From positions 1-64,000 of the forward strand of contig JABIHA010000069.1 of assembly GCA_018649885.1 (NCBI GenBank): a stretch of 64,000 bases of DNA, read 5' to 3'. Positions 8,129 through 18,184 of this stretch are shown piece after piece (positions within the stretch are counted from its first letter, which is position 1; each line of letters starts with the position of its first letter). The DNA is from Bacteriovoracaceae bacterium. GTDB taxonomy: Bacteria; Bdellovibrionota; Bacteriovoracia; Bacteriovoracales; Bacteriovoracaceae. The position numbers were made by a program, and so were the translations under genes. Under the pieces are notes generated by a model. That model saw nothing but the letters and a program-made list of their open reading frames with translations, did no database searches and was not told the DNA's origin.

Positions 8129-9478
8129 TCAAGCTTCTAGGAGTTTTAGGATCTCTTCAGTAGGTTTTTTGTAAACGCCTACAAGGTAAATTGTGTTTAG
8201 TAACTCTATGAACTGAAGCTTAGCGGTAGCATCACTTATTTTATTTTTAGAAAGATAGTCTGATGCTACTAAGGCAATATGGAATAGGCTGCCAAGAGCG
8301 GAGACGTTTGCATGGGTCAAGGATCTAGGAAAGCCTGAGCCGTCAGGTCTTTCATGGTGCTCATGAATAATATTGGCAACACCGTCGGGTATACTAGAGT
8401 TATTATTTACTAAGTTAACAGCTTGTAAAATATGTTCTCTGATTTGTTTTTTTCGAGGTCTCTCCAGGTTTTCGAATTCATCAGAATCTAAAAATAATAC
8501 CGCTGAGAGATCGGAATCAAGTATGCAAATATCATGAAGTAGAGAGGCATAAGTGAGTTTTTCTAAAACAGATTCAGTATTAAATCCTAAGCTTCGACAG
8601 AGATATTGAGATAGATAAATTGCTGTAATGGAGTGGCGTACAAGGTAGCCCCCAACCTTGAACATATCAGAGGTCAAATCTGAAATCTTTTTATCATTCT
8701 TTAAATTTTTTAAGCAGCCTTTAACACAATTATCAATAAGTTTAATTTCCTCACTTCCAATCTGTCCCTGATTGACAATATCAGAAGAGATAAACTCTAC
8801 TGTGCTTGCAGTGGCATTAATAATATCTTCTTCAGACTTCGCCTTTTCAATGGCACTCATGAGTTGACTTATTAATTTGCTTGAAAAATCTTTGTAGTCA
8901 TCTTCAAAAAGGTAGATGAACTGAGTGCCTTTCTTTTCATATTTTGAGAATGTATTCTCCGCGAACTCAATATTCTTTTCAATGATTTTAACTAACTTTT
9001 CGTCAGATAACTTAATGAAAACATCATATTCACCTTTGTAGTACTTTTTAAAACAACTTATACGGACTCTTCTACTTGAAAAAGTTGGTTTTTGTATTTC
9101 TAGGTTGATCACTTCTTCAAGGGCCTTTAAAAAGGCTTCATCGTCGAGTGGTTTTTGAAAAAAACGATTCAGTGGTTCAGAGTTTAAAAAGCCAGCAATT
9201 TCTGGATAGTCGCTGGTGTACCCTCCAGTGATAAGAAAAAAAGGAAGGTTCAGATTTTCTTTGTTGTACTCGTATACTTTGCCACCATTTCCATCAGGCA
9301 TACTGTAATCAGACAAAATAAATCCAATCTCTGGATCTTCCCTTAAATATTTTATGGCCTCATTACCCGATTTTGCCGTTACAATTGGGTTATCAAAATG
9401 AGACTCGACGATAACTTGAAGAATTTCAACTATATCGTCTTCATCATCAATAATTAATATCTTTTTGTCTGTGCTCAT
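8129..9478 (-). CDS. Response regulator receiver + HD-GYP domain protein
   Basis: ILIIDDE, SDYSMP and FQKP receiver motifs; LLHD and HHERPDGSGFP. Confidence 0.88.
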   Translation of the reverse strand: MSTDKKILIIDDEDDIVEILQVIVESHFDNPIVTAKSGNEAIKYLREDPEIGFILSDYSMPDGNGGKVYEYNKENLNLPFFLITGGYTSDYPEIAGFLNSEPLNRFFQKPLDDEAFLKALEEVINLEIQKPTFSSRRVRISCFKKYYKGEYDVFIKLSDEKLVKIIEKNIEFAENTFSKYEKKGTQFIYLFEDDYKDFSSKLISQLMSAIEKAKSEEDIINATASTVEFISSDIVNQGQIGSEEIKLIDNCVKGCLKNLKNDKKISDLTSDMFKVGGYLVRHSITAIYLSQYLCRSLGFNTESVLEKLTYASLLHDICILDSDLSAVLFLDSDEFENLERPRKKQIREHILQAVNLVNNNSSIPDGVANIIHEHHERPDGSGFPRSLTHANVSALGSLFHIALVASDYLSKNKISDATAKLQFIELLNTIYLVGVYKKPTEEILKLLEA

Positions 9479-9600
9479 CTTTTCCAATTTAAAATAATTA
9501 TTATTTATTCTTATCGGAAAAAACAAGGGACAACTACAATACTATCTAACGGTCCAAGTTGCTGATTTATCTTAAATTTTCTTATCTTAACCTTTGTGAA

Positions 9601-9861
9601 TCAGCCGCCTCCGCCATTGTGTGATCTTGTTTTAATGAATGTCTTGTTAATAGGCACAAGCAGAAAATGAGTTCCGTCGCCCGTTTTTTTCAACTTGTAT
9701 AGTAGGCCGTCTTTGAGTTTTATCTCTCCGATTTTCTCTATTACTAGCTCTTTAAACAGTGTCGTCTTTTGAGGACTGAGGAAATCATCAACTAGTTCTT
9801 CAGCAAAGGAAGTGCTGGCAATAGTTAATAGAAAAAATAAGCAAGAAATAGACTTTTTCAT
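9601..9861 (-). CDS. Small secreted protein ending in HNGGGG
   Basis: Signal peptide MKKSISCLFFLLTIASTSFA; ATGA overlap with the upstream gene; GGGGAG RBS. Confidence 0.75.
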   Translation of the reverse strand: MKKSISCLFFLLTIASTSFAEELVDDFLSPQKTTLFKELVIEKIGEIKLKDGLLYKLKKTGDGTHFLLVPINKTFIKTRSHNGGGG

Positions 9862-10706
9862 TGGATGGTCTCCCCTGAGGTTGCGGTAGGTGTAGGTTTA
9901 GGTGTGGTGTGTTCGAGTGGCAGAAGGTCTGTGAAGGTATCCATAAGACCAACTGAGAAAAAAGGTATATCACCAAAGTTTTGAGGATTATTAATTAATG
10001 AAGTCATCTTTTCATGTAGGTCTCGGTGTAGCTTTACAGCTTCTCTTAAGGCCTTGAGAGTTACTCCTTGAGCACTTACATGAATATAATTTCTATTTTT
10101 TCCAGCATGTGCTGGGTTGTAGAAACGAGCGTAGTTACCAATTTGGAATTTTAAGAGTTTTAAAGTGGTGAAAAAATCAACACCGCTTGCTAGTTTGATT
10201 TTCTTGAATTTCTCGATGAGAATTTCATCTTCAAGGTAGCGATCTAAGACAGTAAGCCCTTTCTCTCCTAAAATTTTCCCAACGCTCTCTCTTGTTGTCC
10301 CTGTATCAAAAGTGGCGAGTACCAGTACAAGGTATTCATCGTAATCAAATAAATTTAGTGACTCAATTTCTTTTGAAAGCACTTTATCACTGTTATAAAG
10401 CACGCTAAAAGTGGACATCAACTCTTTTTTAAGAGGTTCCTTTTGGGAGTCAATAGCACTTTTTAAAGAAGTTTCTTTAGAAAGTCCCTTCAAGAGAATC
10501 AGTACTTTGTTTAAATCTAATTTGCTGGAGCCAGATGATTCTTCCAAAATTTTACCAAGGAAATATCTATCAACCCCTGTGTTTTTTGCAATGGCCCTAA
10601 TTGAAAGGTGTGGTCTTTGACTTCGGTATTCAACTAAAGCGTCCCTGAGAAGCGATCTAAGAGCTTCTGTTTCCATCATTAACATCCTTTTATGATTTAT
10701 TTCCAA
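9858..10706 (-). CDS. TIGR02147/DUF4423-like HTH regulator
   Basis: N-terminal LSIRAIAKNTGVDRYFLGKIL HTH-like segment; size and layout match this Bdellovibrionota-expanded family as recalled. Confidence 0.55.
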   Translation of the reverse strand: MEINHKRMLMMETEALRSLLRDALVEYRSQRPHLSIRAIAKNTGVDRYFLGKILEESSGSSKLDLNKVLILLKGLSKETSLKSAIDSQKEPLKKELMSTFSVLYNSDKVLSKEIESLNLFDYDEYLVLVLATFDTGTTRESVGKILGEKGLTVLDRYLEDEILIEKFKKIKLASGVDFFTTLKLLKFQIGNYARFYNPAHAGKNRNYIHVSAQGVTLKALREAVKLHRDLHEKMTSLINNPQNFGDIPFFSVGLMDTFTDLLPLEHTTPKPTPTATSGETIQ

Positions 10707-11002
10707 TACATTTATGACATTTCCCGCAATTTATCGTCAACTCATGTAAGAAGAATTTTGAGAATGTGTAATAAAGTGGTGTCACTTTTTACCACCAAGA
10801 AGTTATTGGAAAATCTTTTGCCAGAAACTTTTTAAATGCAGTTTTTTTTCTTTTTATTAAGTGCGCAATTTTGTAGAAATAAATAGTTAACCAAAACATG
10901 GAATGAAGGGGATAGAGATGAGAGAAGCTGATATGTTTGCGAAATTACACCTTTCAAGTTTACTGTTTTCTGCACTCTTGATGGGAGTCGCACCGGCGCT
11001 AT

Positions 11003-11482
11003 TTATTGTCTTTGTAGGCCTTCTATAGATGGTGCCAAAAGGGCACCAGTATCTTCAATTTCTTTCAATATCAAACTAACTACTGAGTAGAAAATAACCA
11101 GATCTTTTAAAAAAGCATTAAACTGTTGATGGCCTGCAAATAATTGAACAAATTGAGTCGCTGATATTGGATTTTGGTGGAAGCTTTGGCAAAAACCTTT
11201 GAACCCTCTGATCATTTGTAGAAGAGTTAAAAAGGTCTCTGCGTCCAGTTTTTGATTTTTCTTGATATCAATATTGTAATAGCTGGTTAGTTGAGTGCAA
11301 AGGGGAGCTAAGGTCGTTAGAAGTAAATTGAATGTTCCCGATTGATAGAACTCTTCCATGCCTTCATCACCTGGCACGGTGATCCTGCATAGACAGCTCG
11401 CAAAATTATTTAAAGCATCACTCATTTCTTCAAATGACTGACTAGATAAGTTGAATATTTCACTCTGGGTATTCTCATTCAT
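11003..11482 (-). CDS. Hypothetical helical protein
   Basis: 159-aa ORF filling the gap; sigma28-like motif immediately upstream. Confidence 0.6.
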   Translation of the reverse strand: MNENTQSEIFNLSSQSFEEMSDALNNFASCLCRITVPGDEGMEEFYQSGTFNLLLTTLAPLCTQLTSYYNIDIKKNQKLDAETFLTLLQMIRGFKGFCQSFHQNPISATQFVQLFAGHQQFNAFLKDLVIFYSVVSLILKEIEDTGALLAPSIEGLQRQ

Positions 11483-11490
11483 TGGGGTAT

Positions 11491-11517
11491 TTATCGAAAT
11501 TGATGAGAAAGTATTGA
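11491..11517 (-). promoter_or_regulatory. sigma28 (FliA)-like promoter
   Basis: TCAA-N15-TTCGATAA on the minus strand. Confidence 0.5.
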
Positions 11518-11518
11518 G

Positions 11519-12094
11519 TTATTTTCTGTTAAGTTTTTCGAGAATAAACTTTGTATGTTCTAAGTATTGGTAAGCTCGAAAGCTTGTAAAGGCAGCGAGA
11601 GTGACAATGTCGCCGGCAAGCTCCTTCTTTGTTTCCCGAGTAAGAGCATCAACTAAGTCGAGAGGTTCATTTAGATTTTTGTAAGAGGCCGGTGGAGCTG
11701 AAAGGATTGAATTTATTTTAATATAGTCATTGGTGTTAAAGGGGACGTGATTTTTCTTGGTGAGTTTTTCCACCTCTAATATAGCAAGAAATTTCAATTT
11801 AGGACTTAGGACAATGAGAAAGTGGAGAGGCAAGCAGCTGGAGCTACAGCCAGTGTTAGTGTGGATCTCTCTGCTATAGGCCAGTAGCTTTTGATCAGAA
11901 TCTAGAATCTTCTTTAAAATTTTATTGGGCCCCCCATCAGTAATGGGGTCAGGGATGACAATATTTCTATAACTATTAGCACTAGGTATGATTGATTTGA
12001 GGATTTTGATGGTATCTACGTATTTTTTTTCTGCATAGAGAAAGTTGGGAGACAAGCCTGCAACTATTAAAAATGTGGTAAGTAAATATCTCAA
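11519..12094 (-). CDS. Secreted hypothetical protein, FMN-binding-domain-like
   Basis: TTG start with AGGA RBS gives a signal peptide; CSSSCLP, LTKKNHVPF and VDALTRET. Confidence 0.55.
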   Translation of the reverse strand: MRYLLTTFLIVAGLSPNFLYAEKKYVDTIKILKSIIPSANSYRNIVIPDPITDGGPNKILKKILDSDQKLLAYSREIHTNTGCSSSCLPLHFLIVLSPKLKFLAILEVEKLTKKNHVPFNTNDYIKINSILSAPPASYKNLNEPLDLVDALTRETKKELAGDIVTLAAFTSFRAYQYLEHTKFILEKLNRK

Positions 12095-12218
12095 AATCGA
12101 TCCTGGTAACTTCCCTTCTCCAAATTTAGCTGGCTGCGTGAATAATGCCAAGAGGAAAAGTTTGTTATACCTAATATTATTGACGTTTGATGGATAAAAA
12201 ATGATTATTGTTTCCATT

Positions 12219-13100
12219 ATGGAAACGAATCGATTAAGGCAATTTTGTGTTGTAGTGGAAACTGGAAATTTGAGAAAAGCTGCCGGGATCCTAGGCATTT
12301 CCCATAGCGGTCTTTCAAAGTCTCTCAAAACACTTGAAATTGAAGTGGGAAAAGAGCTGACTCAAATTTCTGGTCGTGGGATTGTGATCACCGATTTTGG
12401 GAAAAAATTCTATGAGAGAAGTCAGCCATTTTTTAATCAGCTTGATCATTTACTAGGAGGGAGCGAAGGCCAGGCTGAAAACAATCTGAGAATTGGCTCC
12501 TTTGAAGTTTTCACTACATATTTTTTAGGTCAAGTGATTAGTGAGTTTGATGAGCACCAAGGTATTGAGCTCAGAGAACTCGTACCTGGAAAATTAGAGC
12601 AGGCCATAGTTCGCGATGATATTGACATGGGTATAACTTATCACCCAATACCTCAAAGTGGTTTAGAGTATTTAAAGGTTGCAAAAATAAAGATGGGAAT
12701 ATTTGGAACTCACGCAATGAAATGCGAAAAAGAACTTCCTTTTGTAATTCCCACGATTCCTCTTTCTGGCTCACCTACTGGAGTCAAAGGGCTTGATAGC
12801 TGGCCTGATGAAAAAATTAAAAGAAATATCTGTTTTCAAGTGACTTTGATGGAGTCCGCCCTTGAAATAATGAGAAATGGAAGGGCCGTTGGTTTTATTC
12901 CTCACTTTATCGCCAAGCTTCACAACGAAAGAGTTAAAAAGAAATTTGAGCTCATAGAGTTCCCTCTACCCAAGGGAATGAAAAAAGTTAAACGAGACGT
13001 TTATATTGTTAAAAGAGAGTCAACTCGTGAAGATAGCAATTTCAAGAGAATGGCAAAAGTATTGAGATTGATTTCACGAATTGAAGGAGAGTCCCCATGA
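12219..13100 (+). CDS. LysR family transcriptional regulator
   Basis: LRQFCVVVETGNLRKAAGILGISHSGLSKSLKTLE HTH plus substrate-binding domain. Confidence 0.92.
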   Translation: METNRLRQFCVVVETGNLRKAAGILGISHSGLSKSLKTLEIEVGKELTQISGRGIVITDFGKKFYERSQPFFNQLDHLLGGSEGQAENNLRIGSFEVFTTYFLGQVISEFDEHQGIELRELVPGKLEQAIVRDDIDMGITYHPIPQSGLEYLKVAKIKMGIFGTHAMKCEKELPFVIPTIPLSGSPTGVKGLDSWPDEKIKRNICFQVTLMESALEIMRNGRAVGFIPHFIAKLHNERVKKKFELIEFPLPKGMKKVKRDVYIVKRESTREDSNFKRMAKVLRLISRIEGESP

Positions 13101-15130
13101 AAGCACCCGTTGCCATTCGCAAAGAACATCTACAGAAGTTTGGTGAGCACAGCTGGGTGGATCCTCTTCATTGGTTGAAAGAAAAGAAAAATCCTGAAGT
13201 AGTTAAGTTATTAAATCAAGAAAATGACTATACCAATTGGTACCTTGAAGATGTCAAAGATTTAAAGAGTCAGATTTTTAATGAGCTTAAATCGAAAATC
13301 ATTGAAAATGATAGCTCTGTTCCTCAAAAAGTTGGCGAGTACTTCTATTACGATAGGTGGGAAGAAGGCCAACAATATGAAATTTGCTGTAGAAAGAAGG
13401 GAAGTTTGGATAGTGCAGAAGAGGTAATGCTCAATTTAAACGAATTAGCTGATGGTAAGGAGTTTTTCTCTCTAGGATTTTGTCAAATTAGCCCCAACGA
13501 GAATCTTCTCGCATACGGAGTAGACTTTAAAGGGGATGAGCATTTCCATATCTTTGTTAAAGACTTGGCCTCTGGAAAAACAATTGACACCAAAATTGAG
13601 AATGCTGCCTATTCCCTTGCATGGTACAAAGATAGTGCAAATTTTTGTTATGGTGCACTTAATGAAAATGATCGTGAGTATGCAGTTTTTCGACATACAC
13701 TAGGCCGTACTAATAGTGATATTTTAATTTATGAAGAGCCCTCAAATCAATTCTTTGTTGGTTGCGGAAGTTCTGCTAGTGAGAAATATATTTTCATTAA
13801 CACTGGTGGAAAGATAACTAATGAGACTTATTTACTTTCTGCAGACGATATTGACTCAAAGCCGACCCTCGTCTTAAAAAGAAAGAAGGGCCATGAGTAT
13901 TACCTAGAACATAATCGATCTCACTTCTATATATTGACTAATGACACTCATAAAAACTTTCGTCTTGTGAAGTCTAGTATTGATGATTACTCACAGGAGA
14001 GTTGGGAGGAGTGTCTCGCTGCTAGTGATACGGTCATCCTCAATACATTTGATGTTTTTAAAGGCCATATTGTAGTGAAGGCCAAAAAAGAGGGCATTAG
14101 CTTTTTTTATATTTTTAATATCGCTAGTGGTGATCACTATATTCTAGATGCGGGAGATCAGTTAGCAAATTTGAGCTTTGGTGATAACGATGAGTACAAT
14201 ACAACCGATTTGAGATATATAATCGAAAGTCCCATTCAGCCTTATAGAGTGATTGATCACGATATGAATTCTCAAAATGAGCTGATTAAAAAAGAAAGAG
14301 ATGTAAAAGATCACCACCCCGATAATTATACCTGCTATAGAACCTTCGCCATGGCAAAAGATGGTGTAAAGATACCCATGACCATATTCCATAAAAAAGG
14401 TCTTGAAAAAAATGGGCAAGCACCGTCGTATCTTTATGCCTATGGCTCCTATGGGTATGGTCTAAACCTGAGGTTTTCTAGTGGTTATTGCCCACTGATG
14501 GAAAGAGGTTTTGTTATCGCATTGGCACACGTTAGAGGTGGTGATGAAATGGGCAATGAGTGGTATGAAAGTGGAAAGTTTTTGAAGAAAAAAAATACTT
14601 TTAATGATTTCCTTAGCTGTGCAGAGGAGTTGGTTTCCCAGAAACTCAGCTCAAGTGACAAAATGATAGCCTGTGGAGGCTCTGCTGGTGGCCTTTTAAT
14701 GGGGGCCGTCGCTAATCTCAAAGGAGAATTGTTTAAAGCAATTGTCGCTCACGTTCCCTTTGTCGATGTGGTCAATACAATGATTGATGAATCCTTGCCT
14801 CTTACCGCACTTGAATATGAAGAGTGGGGAAATCCAAGTGATGATGAATACTTTCACTATATGAAATCTTATTCCCCATATGACAATATCCACACCGAGT
14901 CTTATCCTCACATTCTCGCTACGGCCGGGCTCAATGATCCAAGGGTGACTTACTGGGAGCCCTTTAAGTGGATTCAAAAGTTAAGGGAGCTTGCAGGGGA
15001 CAGTAATGCCAAACTACTTTGGACGGATATGGAGTCGGGTCATGGAGGAGCTTCGGGGCGTTATGACTCTTTGAATGACGTGGCCTTGGAATATGCATTT
15101 ATTTTCAAAGTATTGGGAATAAAAGGGTAA
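13097..15130 (+). CDS. ptrB: Oligopeptidase B (protease II, S9A)
   Basis: YGSYG, HVRGG, GGSAGGLL nucleophile, DPRVTYWEP, GHGGASGRY. Confidence 0.95.
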   Translation: MKAPVAIRKEHLQKFGEHSWVDPLHWLKEKKNPEVVKLLNQENDYTNWYLEDVKDLKSQIFNELKSKIIENDSSVPQKVGEYFYYDRWEEGQQYEICCRKKGSLDSAEEVMLNLNELADGKEFFSLGFCQISPNENLLAYGVDFKGDEHFHIFVKDLASGKTIDTKIENAAYSLAWYKDSANFCYGALNENDREYAVFRHTLGRTNSDILIYEEPSNQFFVGCGSSASEKYIFINTGGKITNETYLLSADDIDSKPTLVLKRKKGHEYYLEHNRSHFYILTNDTHKNFRLVKSSIDDYSQESWEECLAASDTVILNTFDVFKGHIVVKAKKEGISFFYIFNIASGDHYILDAGDQLANLSFGDNDEYNTTDLRYIIESPIQPYRVIDHDMNSQNELIKKERDVKDHHPDNYTCYRTFAMAKDGVKIPMTIFHKKGLEKNGQAPSYLYAYGSYGYGLNLRFSSGYCPLMERGFVIALAHVRGGDEMGNEWYESGKFLKKKNTFNDFLSCAEELVSQKLSSSDKMIACGGSAGGLLMGAVANLKGELFKAIVAHVPFVDVVNTMIDESLPLTALEYEEWGNPSDDEYFHYMKSYSPYDNIHTESYPHILATAGLNDPRVTYWEPFKWIQKLRELAGDSNAKLLWTDMESGHGGASGRYDSLNDVALEYAFIFKVLGIKG

Positions 15131-15188
15131 GAATATTTTTTAGTGAGGGTTTTTTCCTGGTTTTGGTATAATAAATCCAAAGAGGGAG

Positions 15189-15407
15189 TTGGCCTTGGCA
15201 CTAGAATTAAATCAAGTATCAAAGAGAAGTAAAGATAGAGCATCTAAGGCCTCAGCACCTAAGAAAGCAGTCTCTCTTAGGCCTTGGCAAAATGAAAACC
15301 ATCCAAGAGATCTACTGGAATTAGTTATTGAAAGAGGGGATCAAAAGCTGGACTCCTCAAAACGACTTGACCAAAATGCAGAAAACATCTCACAACCGTT
15401 GAAATAA
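15189..15407 (+). CDS. Small hypothetical protein
   Basis: GAGGGAG RBS and TATAAT upstream; 72-aa ORF in an intergenic gap. Confidence 0.4.
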   Translation: MALALELNQVSKRSKDRASKASAPKKAVSLRPWQNENHPRDLLELVIERGDQKLDSSKRLDQNAENISQPLK

Positions 15408-15519
15408 CCACTATTTGTCTTGTAATCACCCCAGTAATTTTTTCAAAAAGACCCTGCGTGTCATGAGCTATGATAAGAAATTCTCTCTAGGATAAAGGTA
15501 AGAATAAAGAGAGGAATAA

Positions 15520-17394
15520 GTGAAAAATTACATCTTTTTGATGGGGATCATCCTTAGTCAAAGCATATACTCAGCGACTTTGCATCACGCTTTTATTGAT
15601 ATTAATTCCATGGAGTGGTTTGGACCCACGCTCTTAACAACTGAGAGGCTTCAAGATTTAGCTGCTGACAAGCTTCAAGGCTTAGAGGATTACAAGCTTC
15701 AAGGAGCAGTTCCTGGAAGCGGGGTCATTGACTCGAATTTAATCAATATCTCAAGTGATTTATATCGTGGGGGAAGAACAGATTTTGTTGGAAAGCTTGT
15801 GCTTCAAGATGGCTTTTTTGGGATTTCAAACTACCATTTATCAGATCTTGTTCCTGCCAATTTAATCCCTCAATTTGATAGTTTAGAATATGCATTCTTT
15901 GATAAGACTTCTTTAAGCTTCAGCCAAAAATCTGCTGCTCTAAAATCAACTCAAGGCTCTGTGCGATTTGCGGGAAAGTACTTTGAGTTTAGCAGTATTG
16001 ATTTCTTTTGTGATCCGGCTCTTGGTCTATCGCAAAAAAGGTTTTTAGAATTTTGCTTAAACCGAAGCTATTTAAAAAGCTTAGGTGAACCAGCAAGACT
16101 AATGTATCAAGACAGCGCAATTCTACTAAAGAGTAACTTCAATGCGCTAACTATTTACCCTGATAGTTTTCAAATAGATGGACGTGAAATTTTTGTGTCT
16201 AGTGCCGGTAATCGCTCAGCTATTGAAAACTTTGATATCACTTGCAAGAAGGGAGAGTGGGGAAAAGAGATAACGGGGGACACCATCTTAAAAGGGTGTC
16301 TTGATGATTCAGTCATTGATATCGATCAGATTAGTTTTGCAAATGATCAGACAGGGTTTTCAGGAACTCTTCCACTGGAAAGAATTTCAATTGATGGACC
16401 AAAGTTAGAGTTTGAGTCCAACCTTTTTACTATTGGAAACCCTGACACCAGCATTTCATTTGGAAGTATTAGTGCTTATTGCTCTAAGGGAATTGTGGGA
16501 GATAACTTTAAAGTTTCAGACATGATCAATTGGTGTCTAAGTGAAAGTGAGCTCTTTTTAGAAAAAATAAAAGTAGAAAATGAATGTTTTGATATTGATG
16601 GTGATATTGATTATATCGGTTTTAAGAAAAATCAATTATCCATTACATCTCCGACTCTCAATTATTCAACTGAAGATTTAGATATTGATGTAACAAAATT
16701 AGAAGTATCTTGTTCCAGAGGAAGCTCTGGAGAGCTAACGCTCGAGAGCATGAGTGAGGGATGTTTTGATTCATCAACTATCAATGTCCAAAAAGTAGAG
16801 TTTAAGAGCAAGGGGTATTCGGCAACTGTAGACATAGAAGAAATCTCAATTGATAAAAATCGTTTTAAATTAAAAATCCCACAAGGAAGCTATACCCTCA
16901 ATGGTGTTCAAAGTACTGTGAAGAATTTGAGTTTTGATTGTGGCATTGATGCTAAAATCACTGACTTGAAAGAATTGAATATCGAAAATATTCTTGAAAA
17001 TTGCATGAAAGATTCTGTTATTGAGATAGGCTCAATTGTCTCAGCGGGAAATAAAAAATTTAAACTACTCAAATTGCAAGCCGCTAATAAAGTAAAGCTT
17101 ATTAGTAAAGACAACCAATTTGAGCTCGTTGCCCACCCCAAACTCAAAGTCATCGGGATTCGAGGCCCTAACCTAAGGGTTGATGTCAGTGGTAGTATTT
17201 CAATGAATCGGGACGATAAATCTCTTAATATCCATATTCAAAAATCTAAAATGAGCAGAATTTTACCTCTTAAGGATTTTATCCTCTTTATGTTTAAAGC
17301 TTTTTCAAAAATGGACAATGTCACCATAAACGGGGATGATATAAACATTGAATTGGCCTTTTTAAATAAAGATAAAAACACTCCATGCAAGTGA
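15520..17394 (+). CDS. Secreted beta-rich protein with five Cys-pair repeats
   Basis: Signal peptide; ~80-aa repeats each containing C-x(14-20)-C-(L/F/M)-x-x-S. Confidence 0.75.
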   Translation: MKNYIFLMGIILSQSIYSATLHHAFIDINSMEWFGPTLLTTERLQDLAADKLQGLEDYKLQGAVPGSGVIDSNLINISSDLYRGGRTDFVGKLVLQDGFFGISNYHLSDLVPANLIPQFDSLEYAFFDKTSLSFSQKSAALKSTQGSVRFAGKYFEFSSIDFFCDPALGLSQKRFLEFCLNRSYLKSLGEPARLMYQDSAILLKSNFNALTIYPDSFQIDGREIFVSSAGNRSAIENFDITCKKGEWGKEITGDTILKGCLDDSVIDIDQISFANDQTGFSGTLPLERISIDGPKLEFESNLFTIGNPDTSISFGSISAYCSKGIVGDNFKVSDMINWCLSESELFLEKIKVENECFDIDGDIDYIGFKKNQLSITSPTLNYSTEDLDIDVTKLEVSCSRGSSGELTLESMSEGCFDSSTINVQKVEFKSKGYSATVDIEEISIDKNRFKLKIPQGSYTLNGVQSTVKNLSFDCGIDAKITDLKELNIENILENCMKDSVIEIGSIVSAGNKKFKLLKLQAANKVKLISKDNQFELVAHPKLKVIGIRGPNLRVDVSGSISMNRDDKSLNIHIQKSKMSRILPLKDFILFMFKAFSKMDNVTINGDDINIELAFLNKDKNTPCK

Positions 17395-17410
17395 GTTGGG
17401 AGAGGGTAAG

Positions 17411-18175
17411 ATGGTTGAGCTTGAAAGAAGTGGCAGTGTTTCCACTGTCTGGTTAGATTTTGATGATGGAAACCTGATAAATTTTGAGCGGATTCAAGAA
17501 ATCATAGAAGTTCACCAAAAAGCTGATGCAGATCCCCTTACTAAAGTGATTGTCACCAGATCAAAGCGCAAAAATGTGTTCTGTATGGGTTTTGATCCCC
17601 AATATATAGTTGATAAATCCATTGATGACAGGGCCTCTATTTTTAAAGGGATCTCCCTTTTAATATACAATCTTCTATCTCTTAAAAGACCTCATATTAG
17701 TGTTATAGAGGGCCCCGCCATGGCCGGTGGGGCGGTGCTGGCAATACTTTCGGATTACAGATTGTTTTGCAGTGAAAGAGCGAAGTTTTCCTTTAGCGAG
17801 GCCAAAGTAGGGCTGGCCCTACCCAGTGTTTTGATCGATACCATTGCCGCTCACATCTCTCCCGCATGGCTTAGAGAAGTGGCATGTTTGGGTAAGAATA
17901 TTGATGCCAAGCAGGGACAGATTTGTGGAGTGGCCAACTGGGTAAGCTCGCCTGAGGGGATTGAGGAAAAGCTAGCACTCGAGTGTTCAAAAATTGCTAG
18001 GCTTAGCCCCTATGTTTTGGAAGTTAATAAAAAAAGAATTAATAAAAAACTCATAAAAAAGGCCAAGAAATTAATTAAGTCTAAGAAAGTATTTGAGCCC
18101 TTTATGGGTGATGACCTCTTAGGTGAGGGACTTTCGGCCTTAATTGAAAGAAGAGCTCCAGAATTTAAAAAATAA
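17411..18175 (+). CDS. Enoyl-CoA hydratase/isomerase family protein
   Basis: FCMGFD, EGPAMAGGAVLA, FSEAKVGL, ERRAPEF. Confidence 0.9.
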   Translation: MVELERSGSVSTVWLDFDDGNLINFERIQEIIEVHQKADADPLTKVIVTRSKRKNVFCMGFDPQYIVDKSIDDRASIFKGISLLIYNLLSLKRPHISVIEGPAMAGGAVLAILSDYRLFCSERAKFSFSEAKVGLALPSVLIDTIAAHISPAWLREVACLGKNIDAKQGQICGVANWVSSPEGIEEKLALECSKIARLSPYVLEVNKKRINKKLIKKAKKLIKSKKVFEPFMGDDLLGEGLSALIERRAPEFKK

Positions 18176-18184
18176 GGACTACCA

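Noticed and set aside
9601..9861. Ubiquitin-like/ThiS protein because of the terminal GG
   Set aside because: It has a signal peptide, is too short for a beta-grasp fold after cleavage, and has no E1/JAB neighbours.
12095..12328. N-terminal extension of ORF 11519..12328
   Set aside because: Overlaps the divergent LysR gene; the signal peptide begins at 12094.
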